This document shows positions 18,931-27,863 of a DNA stretch of 64,000 bases, piece by piece. Under the pieces are notes generated by a model. That model was not told the origin of the DNA, did not search any database, and was given only the letters and a program-made list of their open reading frames with translations. This DNA is from Planctomycetota bacterium (GTDB taxonomy: Bacteria; Planctomycetota; UBA1135; JADKAF01), in the NCBI GenBank assembly GCA_016719295.1, contig JADKAF010000001.1:4704267-4768266 (forward strand), written 5' to 3'. A program made the translations under genes and the position numbers. The stretch's first letter is position 1, and every line of letters starts with the position of its first letter.

Positions 18931-20169
18931 ATGAACCGCGCCTCCTTCCTGTCCGACGACTGCCCGCCGATGGGCATCTACGAGACCCTGTATGCGTTTC
19001 GCGACGCCTTCGGGAAGTTCATGGGCTCGCCCGGCACGCACCCGTGGTCGCAGGGCTTCCCGTTGACGACGCCGCTGCCCGGCGGCCCGGCTCTGCCGAG
19101 CAGCGTCGCCGTGACCTCGGACGATCGTCTGTATCCGAAGGCGTGGGGGCACCCGCTGCTGCGCGAGGCGATCGCCGCGCACTACAACGACTTCTACGGC
19201 TCGCGCATCGCCCCCGAGAACGTGATGGTGTTCGCCGGCGGCCGGCCCGGCATCTACACGGTGCTCGCGTTCCTGAAGAAGCACGTCGAGGTGCGCATCG
19301 GCCACGTCGAGTGGCCGGCCTACCTCGACATCCTGACGCAGACGGCGGCCAGCTGGCGCGTCGTGCCGTTCACCCGCGAGAACGGCTTCCATCCGGCGAA
19401 CGCGACCTACTTCGACCGACAGGGCCTGAACGCGAAGACACACCTCATGGCCGTGCTGTCGAACCCCGGCAACCCCACCGGGCACACGCGTGCCGGCGCC
19501 GAGCTCGAGGAGCTGATGGCGATGGCCGAGCAGGAGAAGAGCGGCATCCTGCTCGACGAGGCCTACGAGATGTTCCACGAGAGCCGCGGTGTCAGCGGCA
19601 TCCGCTACGTGAAGGACCTCGACAACAGCAACGTCTTTCTCGCCGGTGCCTGCACCAAGGGCCTGCAGTCTCCCGGCATTCGCATCGGCTGGATCATCGC
19701 CAGTCGCAAGAACATCGAAACTCTGTCGAACTTCTCGAGCTTCGGGATGGGCGGCGTCAGCCACCCCTCGCAGCTCTACGCCGTCGAGTTGCTGCGGAAG
19801 GAGCGCGTGGCGCAGGCGCGCGAAGCGGTGGCCAGACACTACGGCATGCAGCGCGAGCGCTACGGCCGCGCGTTCGCGGCGATGGGTCTCAAGGTGCACA
19901 CGGGCGACGGCGGCTTCTACCACTGGCTCGAGCTGCCGAGCGGGCTCGACGCCGACGAGCTGAACCGCCGCCTGTTCCAGCATGGCGCGGCGATCCTGAG
20001 GGGCTTCGACTGCGACATGGCGCGGCCGCACAGCAAGGACCCGAGCTATCGCTCGCCGTACGCTTCGTTCTTCCGGTTCTCGTTCGGCCCGCTACCGCCC
20101 GAGTCGTTCGAGTCGGACATCGCGATCTTGAAGCGCGTGCTCGACGAGTATCGGGCGGCTGTCCGCTAG
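18931..20169 (+). CDS. PLP-dependent aminotransferase (class I/II)
   Basis: Trimmed to ATG 18931. Motifs SNPGNPTG and the pyridoxal-Lys region ACTKGLQSPGIRIGW. Confidence 0.85.
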   Translation: MNRASFLSDDCPPMGIYETLYAFRDAFGKFMGSPGTHPWSQGFPLTTPLPGGPALPSSVAVTSDDRLYPKAWGHPLLREAIAAHYNDFYGSRIAPENVMVFAGGRPGIYTVLAFLKKHVEVRIGHVEWPAYLDILTQTAASWRVVPFTRENGFHPANATYFDRQGLNAKTHLMAVLSNPGNPTGHTRAGAELEELMAMAEQEKSGILLDEAYEMFHESRGVSGIRYVKDLDNSNVFLAGACTKGLQSPGIRIGWIIASRKNIETLSNFSSFGMGGVSHPSQLYAVELLRKERVAQAREAVARHYGMQRERYGRAFAAMGLKVHTGDGGFYHWLELPSGLDADELNRRLFQHGAAILRGFDCDMARPHSKDPSYRSPYASFFRFSFGPLPPESFESDIAILKRVLDEYRAAVR

Positions 20170-20266
20170 CGCCGGCACGAACGGAGCCGTCGCGCCCCCT
20201 CTCGATCGGTCCGCGATCCGCGGCGCGCGTGCCCATGCAGGATGCCTTGGTCCCGACGCACGCGCC

Positions 20267-20292
20267 CTGAGCGCGGAGAGTACCGCGCTCAG
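20267..20292. terminator. hairpin between convergent genes
   Basis: ctgagcgcgg / ccgcgctcag form a perfect 10-bp stem with a 6-nt loop, in the gap between the aminotransferase (stop 20169) and the methyltransferase (stop 20392). Confidence 0.4.
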
Positions 20293-20391
20293 AGCGTGAG
20301 CAGGAACGGCTCGGCAAAGGGGTGCAGCGCCGTCGGGCGACGCGCCAGGAGGGCGCGGAGAGGCTGTAAGCCCCGTTCTCCGCGCACCCTC

Positions 20392-21069
20392 TCAGTGCGC
20401 GAAGGCCGGTGGACTCCAGCTCCGCAGCCGCCCGTGCAGCACGCTCAGGATCTCGAAGCGCTGTCCGTCGCGTTCGTCGTAGCCGCCCTCGACCTCTTCG
20501 GCCTCGAGCAGGAAGCGCGGATCTTCGAAGTAGTACTCGCGCCAGGGCTCTTCGCGCTGGGCCAGGATGCGTGGCTCGTAGCCGTTCCGCAGCATCATCT
20601 GAATCGAGAGGTTGAGATCGGCCATGCTCGACTGCACGAAGAGCAGCTCGCCTTCGGGCTTCAGGCGCCGGAAGGAATCGAGGATCAGCTTGTCGAGGAA
20701 GTAGCGGCGGTTGCGCTTGCCGGACTTCGCGAAGGGCGGGTTGGTTACCACGAGATCGAACTTGCCCGTCGTGCGCAGCCAATCCGCGACGCGGTACTCG
20801 ACCGGTGCGTCCTTGCCGCAGAGGCGCTCCACGTTGTGGCGCGTGGTCTCGAGGCGCTCTTCCGTGATCTCGGTCGCCACGACATGGCGCGCGCCGCCGC
20901 GCACGAGGAGCACGGTGTGGTTCCCGACGCCGGCGCCGAGCTCCAGCACGTCCTTGCCGCGCACTAGGCGCTGGCGCTGCAGCACGTCTCCGAGGAGGTG
21001 CCCGTGCGCGGTCGGCTGCCAATCGCCTTCGGTGCACTCGAACTGTTGTTCGCGGGTTCGTTCCATCAC
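20392..21069 (-). CDS. class I SAM-dependent methyltransferase (NPPF motif, HemK/RsmC-like)
   Basis: SAM pocket VLELGAGVGNHTV and DLVVTNPPF motif. Confidence 0.8.
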   Translation of the reverse strand: MMERTREQQFECTEGDWQPTAHGHLLGDVLQRQRLVRGKDVLELGAGVGNHTVLLVRGGARHVVATEITEERLETTRHNVERLCGKDAPVEYRVADWLRTTGKFDLVVTNPPFAKSGKRNRRYFLDKLILDSFRRLKPEGELLFVQSSMADLNLSIQMMLRNGYEPRILAQREEPWREYYFEDPRFLLEAEEVEGGYDERDGQRFEILSVLHGRLRSWSPPAFAH

Positions 21070-21202
21070 GTTCTGCTCCTTGGTCGAGGGGTCCCAGGTC
21101 GGACGGCGTCTCCCGCGCCGCCTTCGACGAGGCTCATTCTAGAGGTCGCTCGCCCAGAGCGCAGCCACCAAGTCGGCCTGGGGGACGACGACGCGAGCGG
21201 CT

Positions 21203-22732
21203 CTAGATGGAACCTGTGGGCCTCTCACCCTCGAAGCGCGCGATGATCGCTGCGCCGCAGCAATCGCTCCAGATGTTGGTCGTCGTGCGCAGCATGTCGA
21301 TCGGGCGATCGACGACGAGCAAGAGCGCGGCACCTTCCACGGGCAAGCGCAGCGCGGAGAGGATCATCACCATCATCACGAAGCCCGCGTAGGGGATCCC
21401 GGCGGCGCCGATCGACGCCGCGAGCGCCATGTACGCCACGAGAAGCTGCGTCGAGAGGCCGAGCTCGAAGCCGCCGATCGACGCGTAGTACTGCGCGAGG
21501 AAGATCACGCCCACACACTCATACAGCGCCGTCCCGTCCATGTTCACGGTCGCGCCGAGGGGCTGCACGAACGAGACCACGCGATTCGATACTCCGCCGC
21601 GCTTCTCGACGACCTCGAGTGCCACGGGCAAGGTCAAGCTCGAGGACGAGGTCGAGAACGCGGTCACGAGAGCGGGGCTCACGGCCTTCGCGTAGGCAGC
21701 GGGGCGAATGCGCCCGATCCAGCGCAAGAGCAAGGGCAGCACGCCCGCGGCGTGGATCAGGATCCCGGCCGTCACCGTGACGAGATACCAGGCCAGTGGC
21801 TCGAACACGGCGAAGCCCGTGGTTCCCACGATCTTCACGAGAAGGCAGAAGATGCCGTAGGGGATGAGGCGCAGCAGCGTCCCGGCGAGGCGCATCATCA
21901 CCTCGAAGGTCGCGGTGAAGAAGCGCTGCAGGGTCTCGCGGTGGTGCGCTTCGACTTGCATCGCACAGATGCCGAAGAAGAGCGCGAAGAAGATCACCTG
22001 GAGCATGCTCGCGTTGTCGCTTAGCGCTGCGAAGACGTTCGAAGGGACGATGCGCAGCAGGACCTCGGCGAACGAGGTCTGCGCGACCTCGGCGAAGCGC
22101 TGGCTCGGAGGCAATCCGAGGGCGGCGCCGCGCCCGGGCTGGATCAGGTTCACCAACGTGAGGCCGATCGCGATCGCGAGGGCGCTCGTCGCGGTGTAGT
22201 ACGCCAACGTGCGCAGACCGAGCCGCTTCAGGCTGGCCGTCGTCCCGACGCCGATCACGCCGACGATGATCGAGCTCAGCACGATCGGCACGATCAGCAT
22301 CTTCAGCAGCACGAGGAAGAGATCGGCCACGAAGGCGAAGGGCGCGATCCACGTGGCGAGCGAGCTCCGCGGATCGAGCTCGAGCGCGATGGGCTCGAGG
22401 GCACCGCGCGCGAGCTCGTGCCACACCAGCGCTCCGCAGCGCGCGTTCGCGATCCCGGCGCGATAGCTCGCGACATCGGGGGTCGGCCAGCGCCGCTCGG
22501 TCGGGAGGCCGCGCTCGAGCACCAGCGCATGGACCACATCACCGGGCGCGATGCGCGAGCGCGCCGGCGCCGCGGCCACGCGCACGCCCGGCGCTGTCGT
22601 CGTTCCCTCGACGCGCGCCGCATCTTCGAGCGCGAGCGGCGAGCTCGGCGGCATGCCGTGCCAGCTCTGCAGCAGCGCACCGAGCAGCGCACCCGCGAGC
22701 AACCAGATCAGGATCTTCCAGGGTCCTCGCAT
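21203..22732 (-). CDS. dicarboxylate/amino acid:cation symporter (DAACS) family transporter with PDZ-like insertion
   Basis: DAACS motifs LKMLIVPIVLSSII, SSSSLTLPV, VNMDGTALYE, DRPIDMLRTTTNIWSD. There is a ~100-aa insertion after TM1 (see findings). Confidence 0.85.
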   Translation of the reverse strand: MRGPWKILIWLLAGALLGALLQSWHGMPPSSPLALEDAARVEGTTTAPGVRVAAAPARSRIAPGDVVHALVLERGLPTERRWPTPDVASYRAGIANARCGALVWHELARGALEPIALELDPRSSLATWIAPFAFVADLFLVLLKMLIVPIVLSSIIVGVIGVGTTASLKRLGLRTLAYYTATSALAIAIGLTLVNLIQPGRGAALGLPPSQRFAEVAQTSFAEVLLRIVPSNVFAALSDNASMLQVIFFALFFGICAMQVEAHHRETLQRFFTATFEVMMRLAGTLLRLIPYGIFCLLVKIVGTTGFAVFEPLAWYLVTVTAGILIHAAGVLPLLLRWIGRIRPAAYAKAVSPALVTAFSTSSSSLTLPVALEVVEKRGGVSNRVVSFVQPLGATVNMDGTALYECVGVIFLAQYYASIGGFELGLSTQLLVAYMALAASIGAAGIPYAGFVMMVMILSALRLPVEGAALLLVVDRPIDMLRTTTNIWSDCCGAAIIARFEGERPTGSI

Positions 22733-22832
22733 CGTTCCTCGCGAAGGGGGAAACGCGCACCCTAGGCTCGGACGCGCAGAGTGGAACCCCGCGCCTCAGA
22801 AACTTCTCACCGAAGCGCAGGTCGCGCCGTGC

Positions 22833-24155
22833 TCAGCGCAGCGCCTCTTGCGGTGCGCTCTTTGCGGGCTCCGCGCCCTTCGGTGCCGCCGCGCTGGGCT
22901 GCCACGCACGCCCCGTGATGAGCCGCGCGCCACGCGAGAACGCGAAGTACTGCCACGCCCATCCCATCATCACCACGAGGCGATTGCGGAACCCGATCAG
23001 GTAGGCGATGTGCACCACCCACCACAGCCACCACGCGAAGAACCCGCTGAACCGCCATCCTCCGAGCTGCGCCACCGCGGCTGCGCGCCCGATCGTCGCG
23101 AGCGAGCCCTTGTCGCGATAGCGGAACGCCTGCGCGCGCTGCCCTTGCATCAAGCGTTGCACATTCGCTGCCGCCGCGCGCCCCGCCTGCAGCGCCGCAG
23201 GAGCCACTCCCGGCACGGGCTTCCCCTCGCAGGCGAGGCTCATCAAGTCCCCGACGACGAACACCTCGGGATGCCCCGGCAAGCTGAGATCGGGCTCCAC
23301 CAGCACGCGCCCCGCGCGATCGAGCGGGACACTCAAGCTCTTCGCGAGCGGCGACGCCGCGACGCCCGCGGCCCACAGCACCGTGCGCGCATGGATGCGC
23401 TCCTCGCCGAGCCGGACACCGTTCGCATCGATCTCGGTCACGCGCGCGCTGGTCAGCACCTGCACGCCCAAGCGCTCGAGCTGCCGCCGCGCCTTCTCCG
23501 ACAGCTCCACCGGATAGACCGGGAGCACGCGCTCCGCGCCTTCCACCAGCACCACGCGCACGCTCCGCGGATCGAAGGTCCGAAAGTCCTTCGCCACCGT
23601 GAGCCGCCCGATCTCGCTCAAGGCTCCGGCGAGCTCGACGCCCGTCGGACCTCCACCCACCACGACGAAGGTCAAGAGCTCTCGCACCCGCTGCCGATCC
23701 GGCTCCCGCTCCGCCGCCTCGAACGCCGACAGCACGCGCCGCCGCACCTCGAGCGCATCCTCGACGGTCTTCAGCCCCGGCGCCCAAGGCTCCCACTCAT
23801 CGCGCCCGAAGTAGCTGTGCGTCGCCCCCGTCGCGACGATCAGATAGTCGTACTCCACCACCCCATCGACGAGCACCACGCGCTTCGCCCCGACCTCGAT
23901 CCGCTCCGCGCGCGCCAAGATCGTCCGCACGTTCCTCTGCTTCCGCAGCACCGAACGAATCGGATACGCGATGTCCGCCGGATTCAGCGCCGCCGTCGCG
24001 ACCTGATACAGCAGCGGCTGGAACAAGTGATGGTTCCGCCGATCGACGAGGGTGATCTCGATCGGTGCCTTCCGCAGCGCGCGTGCAGCGGCGAGGCCGG
24101 CGAAGCCGCCGCCGAGGATGACGAGGCGGGGGTGAGGGTTGGGGGCGGCGAGCAT
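22833..24155 (-). CDS. ndh: type II NADH dehydrogenase (NDH-2)
   Basis: Trimmed to ATG 24155. RLVILGGGFAGLAAARAL and a second dinucleotide fold VVGGGPTGVELAG. Hydrophobic C-terminal tail. Confidence 0.85.
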   Translation of the reverse strand: MLAAPNPHPRLVILGGGFAGLAAARALRKAPIEITLVDRRNHHLFQPLLYQVATAALNPADIAYPIRSVLRKQRNVRTILARAERIEVGAKRVVLVDGVVEYDYLIVATGATHSYFGRDEWEPWAPGLKTVEDALEVRRRVLSAFEAAEREPDRQRVRELLTFVVVGGGPTGVELAGALSEIGRLTVAKDFRTFDPRSVRVVLVEGAERVLPVYPVELSEKARRQLERLGVQVLTSARVTEIDANGVRLGEERIHARTVLWAAGVAASPLAKSLSVPLDRAGRVLVEPDLSLPGHPEVFVVGDLMSLACEGKPVPGVAPAALQAGRAAAANVQRLMQGQRAQAFRYRDKGSLATIGRAAAVAQLGGWRFSGFFAWWLWWVVHIAYLIGFRNRLVVMMGWAWQYFAFSRGARLITGRAWQPSAAAPKGAEPAKSAPQEALR

Positions 24156-24894
24156 TGGTCGATGTTGCGATTGGCGCAAAGAGGATAGCCGCCGGCGCGC
24201 AGAGCTGCACGACGAGCTGCAGAGCTTCCTCGTCGAGGACATTGGCATCCTGCTCCCATCTCAGGGGACGAGGACTGCGACGTTCACGCTCTTGATGGAG
24301 AAGTCCTCGCCTGAAGTATCGTGCAAGCGCCAGAGCGCCTCTTCTCCAACGATTCGTTGCCAAGCCATCCCGAGCTGCTTCCTGCTCCGAGATCTCCTCT
24401 CTGAAACCAGCGAACCGAACCCGCCTCCACGAGCTCGTGCGGCTCGGGGTGCACCTCGACGAGAGTTCCACGGCTCTGGCCCAAGCCCCGAGGGGGTATC
24501 GAGTGTCGACCAGGTCTGCGTCGACACTGCGGTGCTGGAGATGATGGTGCAAGGAGCGATTCGGCCGGTGTTGCAACTCACCGGGAAGCTGCGATCGCGG
24601 CAACGCCCCGTGCTCCACTGGGTCTGGCGATCCGCGAAGCGTGGGCTCGACCGGTGCGTTGGTAGTCGATGCAGTCGAGCGATCCCGCAGCTCGGCGCAT
24701 CGGCAGCGCGCGGGATCGGTTCGCTCGAGGCGGACGATGGTGGCGAGTCGTGAGCGATCGTCCGCCGCGTTCGAAGTCCGATCGCGACGAGGCGCGAGCC
24801 TCGGCATGGAATAGACCACGGGAGCCGCCTTGCGACAGCTCCCGTGGATCCGCGAGCCCCACGCTCGCGGCAGCATAGATGGGCTGGGTCGGCG

Positions 24895-26973
24895 TCAGCC
24901 GATCGTGATTCGAAGGGCGTCGGTGGTGACGATGCTGGCGGGATTGGTGCCGAGCTTCAGGACCCACCACTGCGCGGTGTACACCTGGCCGATGAAGATG
25001 CCGTTAGCTGGGATCGAGACCGGTAGGGAGATGGATCCACCGGGGCCGACGGGATAGGGGCCGATCGTGCTCAGCGGGTCGATCCAGAGGTAGGAGCTCG
25101 GTGCGCCGAGGAGGCCGAGATCGAAGACGGCGGCCGGTGAAGGCGCTACGTTGAGCCCCACCGTGAGGATCCCGATCTGGGCGAGGTTCTGCCAGAAGTC
25201 GATCGCGCCGCGCAGGTCGATGTGGAAAGTGCTGTTCGTCGTGAAGCGTGTAGAGGGCGTGGCGATGGTCGGATGGAAACCGTCGGCTCCGAAGCCGGCG
25301 ACGCCGACCGGGACGGCATTGCCGTTCGGGTTCCACTCATCCGCGCCTAGGTCGGGACCGCCTTGGCTGCCGAGACGACCGAGCAGCGGACGCGGGTCGC
25401 CTTCATAGTCGGGAGAGGGGATGCGTGCAGCGCGGTTACCGGCGTCGATGCAAGGTGATGTCGGCTGCAACTTGTAGTGCGGGCGAAAGAGCTGGGGATC
25501 CGTGCGCAGATTTCCCGTGCCCGCGTGCGTCTGGTTCTGGAAGCAGGAGTAGGCGATCGGGAAGCTCTGGTTCAGCTCGCCCCAGGTGTTGTTCGCAACG
25601 ATGCAGTGATCGACCTGCAACCGCGAAGGAAAGCGACTCTCCAGATGAACGCCGTAACGAGCATTGTCCGCCATCGTCGATGTCTGGATCGCGACGTCGT
25701 TGCCACCGCCGAACAAGAGCCCGGAGTATCCGTTGCCTGCGAATACACCGTTGACGAGCCGCAGGCTACTGGTGCTCGTCGGGCCGAGCCAACAGAAGAA
25801 GCCGTACCCTGTGTTGCAAAGTGCTCGGTCACTAACGGAGTCCACCACCAGATTCACTGCGTCGTCCAAGGGATGATCGACAACGAAGCCCTCTGTCTGG
25901 TTCTCCAGGGCCAAGTTGTTCTCGGAGAAGATGCGGACGTCTCCTGTGCCCCTGACCTCGTGTCGGAATCCCTGGAAGCAGTGTCGGGCAACATTGCTCC
26001 GCAGAGTGAAGCTGTACTGCCCGGGAGTGAAGTTGCCGTTGAGTCGGTAACCGTAGCCGCACTGAAGGAAGACGCACGACTCCACGGTGACGAGAGGGTC
26101 ATAGGGACGGCCGACCTGGATCGAGATCCCGTCGCCGCAAGAACGGAAGTGCGAACTCCTCACTTCCAGGCGCGAGAGGAAAGCGTTGTTGCCCGACAGC
26201 AGGAAGACCCCTGCGGTGTTGCCCTGAAAGGTCGAGTAAGCGACGATTCCACCGACATCCGAGCCCGCGCCGCTGGTGTCCCGGATCTGGATGCCGCGTC
26301 CGGAACCGGTGAACTCACACTCTTCGATGTCCGGGCGCACCACCGCGTTGTCACCTTGGGCGAAGGCATCGATCCCCGGAGCGCCGGTGTTGCCGCGGAA
26401 GATGCACTGGAAGAAGCGCGGGTCGGTGATTTGGTTCCCGCGCTCGTCGATGCGGACGCCAGCCTGGGCCTGCCCATCGAAGACGCAGTTCCAGAAGCGA
26501 GGGCGATGACGGATGCCGGGGTTCCCACCCATTAGCGCGCCGACCTGAGCTCCGCGGATCTCGAGGTTGCGCAGCGTGACCTGGTTGCGGTTGTAGATGG
26601 TGCCGCGGTCGAAGACGATCGCCGACTCAGAGGAGCGGGGCGATAAGATGGCGCGAGAGCTCGTGGACGATCCCAGCAGGGCCACGTTGTAGAGCATCGT
26701 GAGCGGGAAGCTCTCTCCGTTGGTGGCCGGCGAATAGACCTGGCCTCCCGCGAGGTGCAGCGTGTGGACGGACTGCACTTGGGTGGGCGGCGTGATGCGG
26801 CTCAGGGCATAGGAGATCGTCTTCCACGGCGCGGCCGTGCTGGATCCGTTGCCCGGGACATCGAGGCCGGATTGCCCGTCGACGTAGAAGCTGGATTGGG
26901 CGAAGAGGCACGGGGGCGCGCTGCATAGCAAAGCGAGCGCGGCGAGTATGGCTCGGGCGGGCGGGTGGAACAT
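24895..26973 (-). CDS. secreted right-handed parallel beta-helix repeat protein
   Basis: ATG 26973 gives the signal peptide MFHPPARAILAALALLCSAPPCLFAQ. The body consists of short Gly/Asn-rich repeats typical of pectate-lyase-like beta-helices (NCVFDGQAQAG, CIFRGNTGAPG, STFQGNTAGVF, CIVANNTWGE). Visibly lower G+C than its neighbours. Confidence 0.75.
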   Translation of the reverse strand: MFHPPARAILAALALLCSAPPCLFAQSSFYVDGQSGLDVPGNGSSTAAPWKTISYALSRITPPTQVQSVHTLHLAGGQVYSPATNGESFPLTMLYNVALLGSSTSSRAILSPRSSESAIVFDRGTIYNRNQVTLRNLEIRGAQVGALMGGNPGIRHRPRFWNCVFDGQAQAGVRIDERGNQITDPRFFQCIFRGNTGAPGIDAFAQGDNAVVRPDIEECEFTGSGRGIQIRDTSGAGSDVGGIVAYSTFQGNTAGVFLLSGNNAFLSRLEVRSSHFRSCGDGISIQVGRPYDPLVTVESCVFLQCGYGYRLNGNFTPGQYSFTLRSNVARHCFQGFRHEVRGTGDVRIFSENNLALENQTEGFVVDHPLDDAVNLVVDSVSDRALCNTGYGFFCWLGPTSTSSLRLVNGVFAGNGYSGLLFGGGNDVAIQTSTMADNARYGVHLESRFPSRLQVDHCIVANNTWGELNQSFPIAYSCFQNQTHAGTGNLRTDPQLFRPHYKLQPTSPCIDAGNRAARIPSPDYEGDPRPLLGRLGSQGGPDLGADEWNPNGNAVPVGVAGFGADGFHPTIATPSTRFTTNSTFHIDLRGAIDFWQNLAQIGILTVGLNVAPSPAAVFDLGLLGAPSSYLWIDPLSTIGPYPVGPGGSISLPVSIPANGIFIGQVYTAQWWVLKLGTNPASIVTTDALRITIG

Positions 26974-27262
26974 GGGTCCTCCTTTCTGGACGGGATGCGC
27001 ACGGAGAGCTGGCGACGCGGTGCTCGATGGACTTACCGGGCCGATCCGCTCTCGAGTGCGCACCTTCCGGAGGGCGAAGGCGGCGAAGGCGTGACGGCCG
27101 CCTCTAGTTTTCTTGCTCGGGAGAGGACTCGGAGCTTCTCTTGCCGAGGCTGGTCACGCGCGCCGGCGCTTCGCCCTCTTCCCTTGCCCGCGGATCCTCT
27201 CCTAGAACTGGAGTCGCGGCCGCGGAACGCCGCATGGCTCCGTCCCGCTCGAACTCGATCGC

Positions 27263-27850
27263 ATGCCTTTGCCCATGACCACGCCCGCGGATCTCGACCA
27301 GCTCGTGCGCGCTCTGCGCGAGGCGCGCCGTGATCTGGGGGCGCTCTTGCAGGACGAGCTCCTGCGTCGCGTTCGGGCCCTTTGCTCCCAGCGCCTCGCC
27401 TCGGGCGATCGCTTGCGCGGCTCGATGGACTCCGAGGATCTGACGCAGGACGTCCTCATCGATCTCATCGACGCCATCGAGGAGTTCCGCGGCCGGAGCT
27501 GGCAGGAGTTCTTCGCCTTCGTGGACGCGCTGGTCGGTCGCCGGAAGGTCCAGCACGCACGGAGGTTGGGAGCTGCGAAGCGCGGTGGATTCGCCGCTCC
27601 GGCGGCATTGCCGAGTGAGGTCGGGGCGAATCCTTCGGGCACTCCGTCGCGCGCGGCTGCGAACGCAGAGGAGCGCGAACGCGCGGGGCAGCTGCTCGCA
27701 GGTCTCCCCGAGGAGGAGCGGCTGCCGATCCAGTGGCGACTCATGGAGGAGCTCTCCTACGCGGAGATCGCGGCTCGTCTCGGGATCAGCGAGGAAGCTG
27801 CCCGGCAGCGTGTTTCCCGGGGGCTGCGGCGCTTGAAGGAGCGGTGGTGA
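27263..27850 (+). CDS. ECF-type RNA polymerase sigma factor
   Basis: Sigma-70 region 2 (EDLTQDVLIDLIDAIEEF) and region 4 HTH (LSYAEIAARLGISEEAARQRVSRGLRRLKE). Confidence 0.85.
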   Translation: MPLPMTTPADLDQLVRALREARRDLGALLQDELLRRVRALCSQRLASGDRLRGSMDSEDLTQDVLIDLIDAIEEFRGRSWQEFFAFVDALVGRRKVQHARRLGAAKRGGFAAPAALPSEVGANPSGTPSRAAANAEERERAGQLLAGLPEEERLPIQWRLMEELSYAEIAARLGISEEAARQRVSRGLRRLKERW

Positions 27851-27863
27851 GGGAGTTCGGTCG

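Noticed and set aside
24139-24876. ORFs 24139..24753 (+), 23797..24876 (-) and 24578..24970 (-) in the low-G+C spacer
   Set aside because: The translations show no family motifs, no signal or TM logic and no G/C third-position bias, and they overlap each other. I treated the region as non-coding or decayed sequence; BLASTX is needed to test for pseudogene remnants.
27224-27244. Possible ECF-type promoter GGAAC ... CGTC upstream of the ECF sigma gene
   Set aside because: The spacer between GGAAC (27224..27228) and CGTC (27241..27244) is only 12 nt, against the usual 16-17 nt. It is also too close to the ATG (27263) to be convincing.
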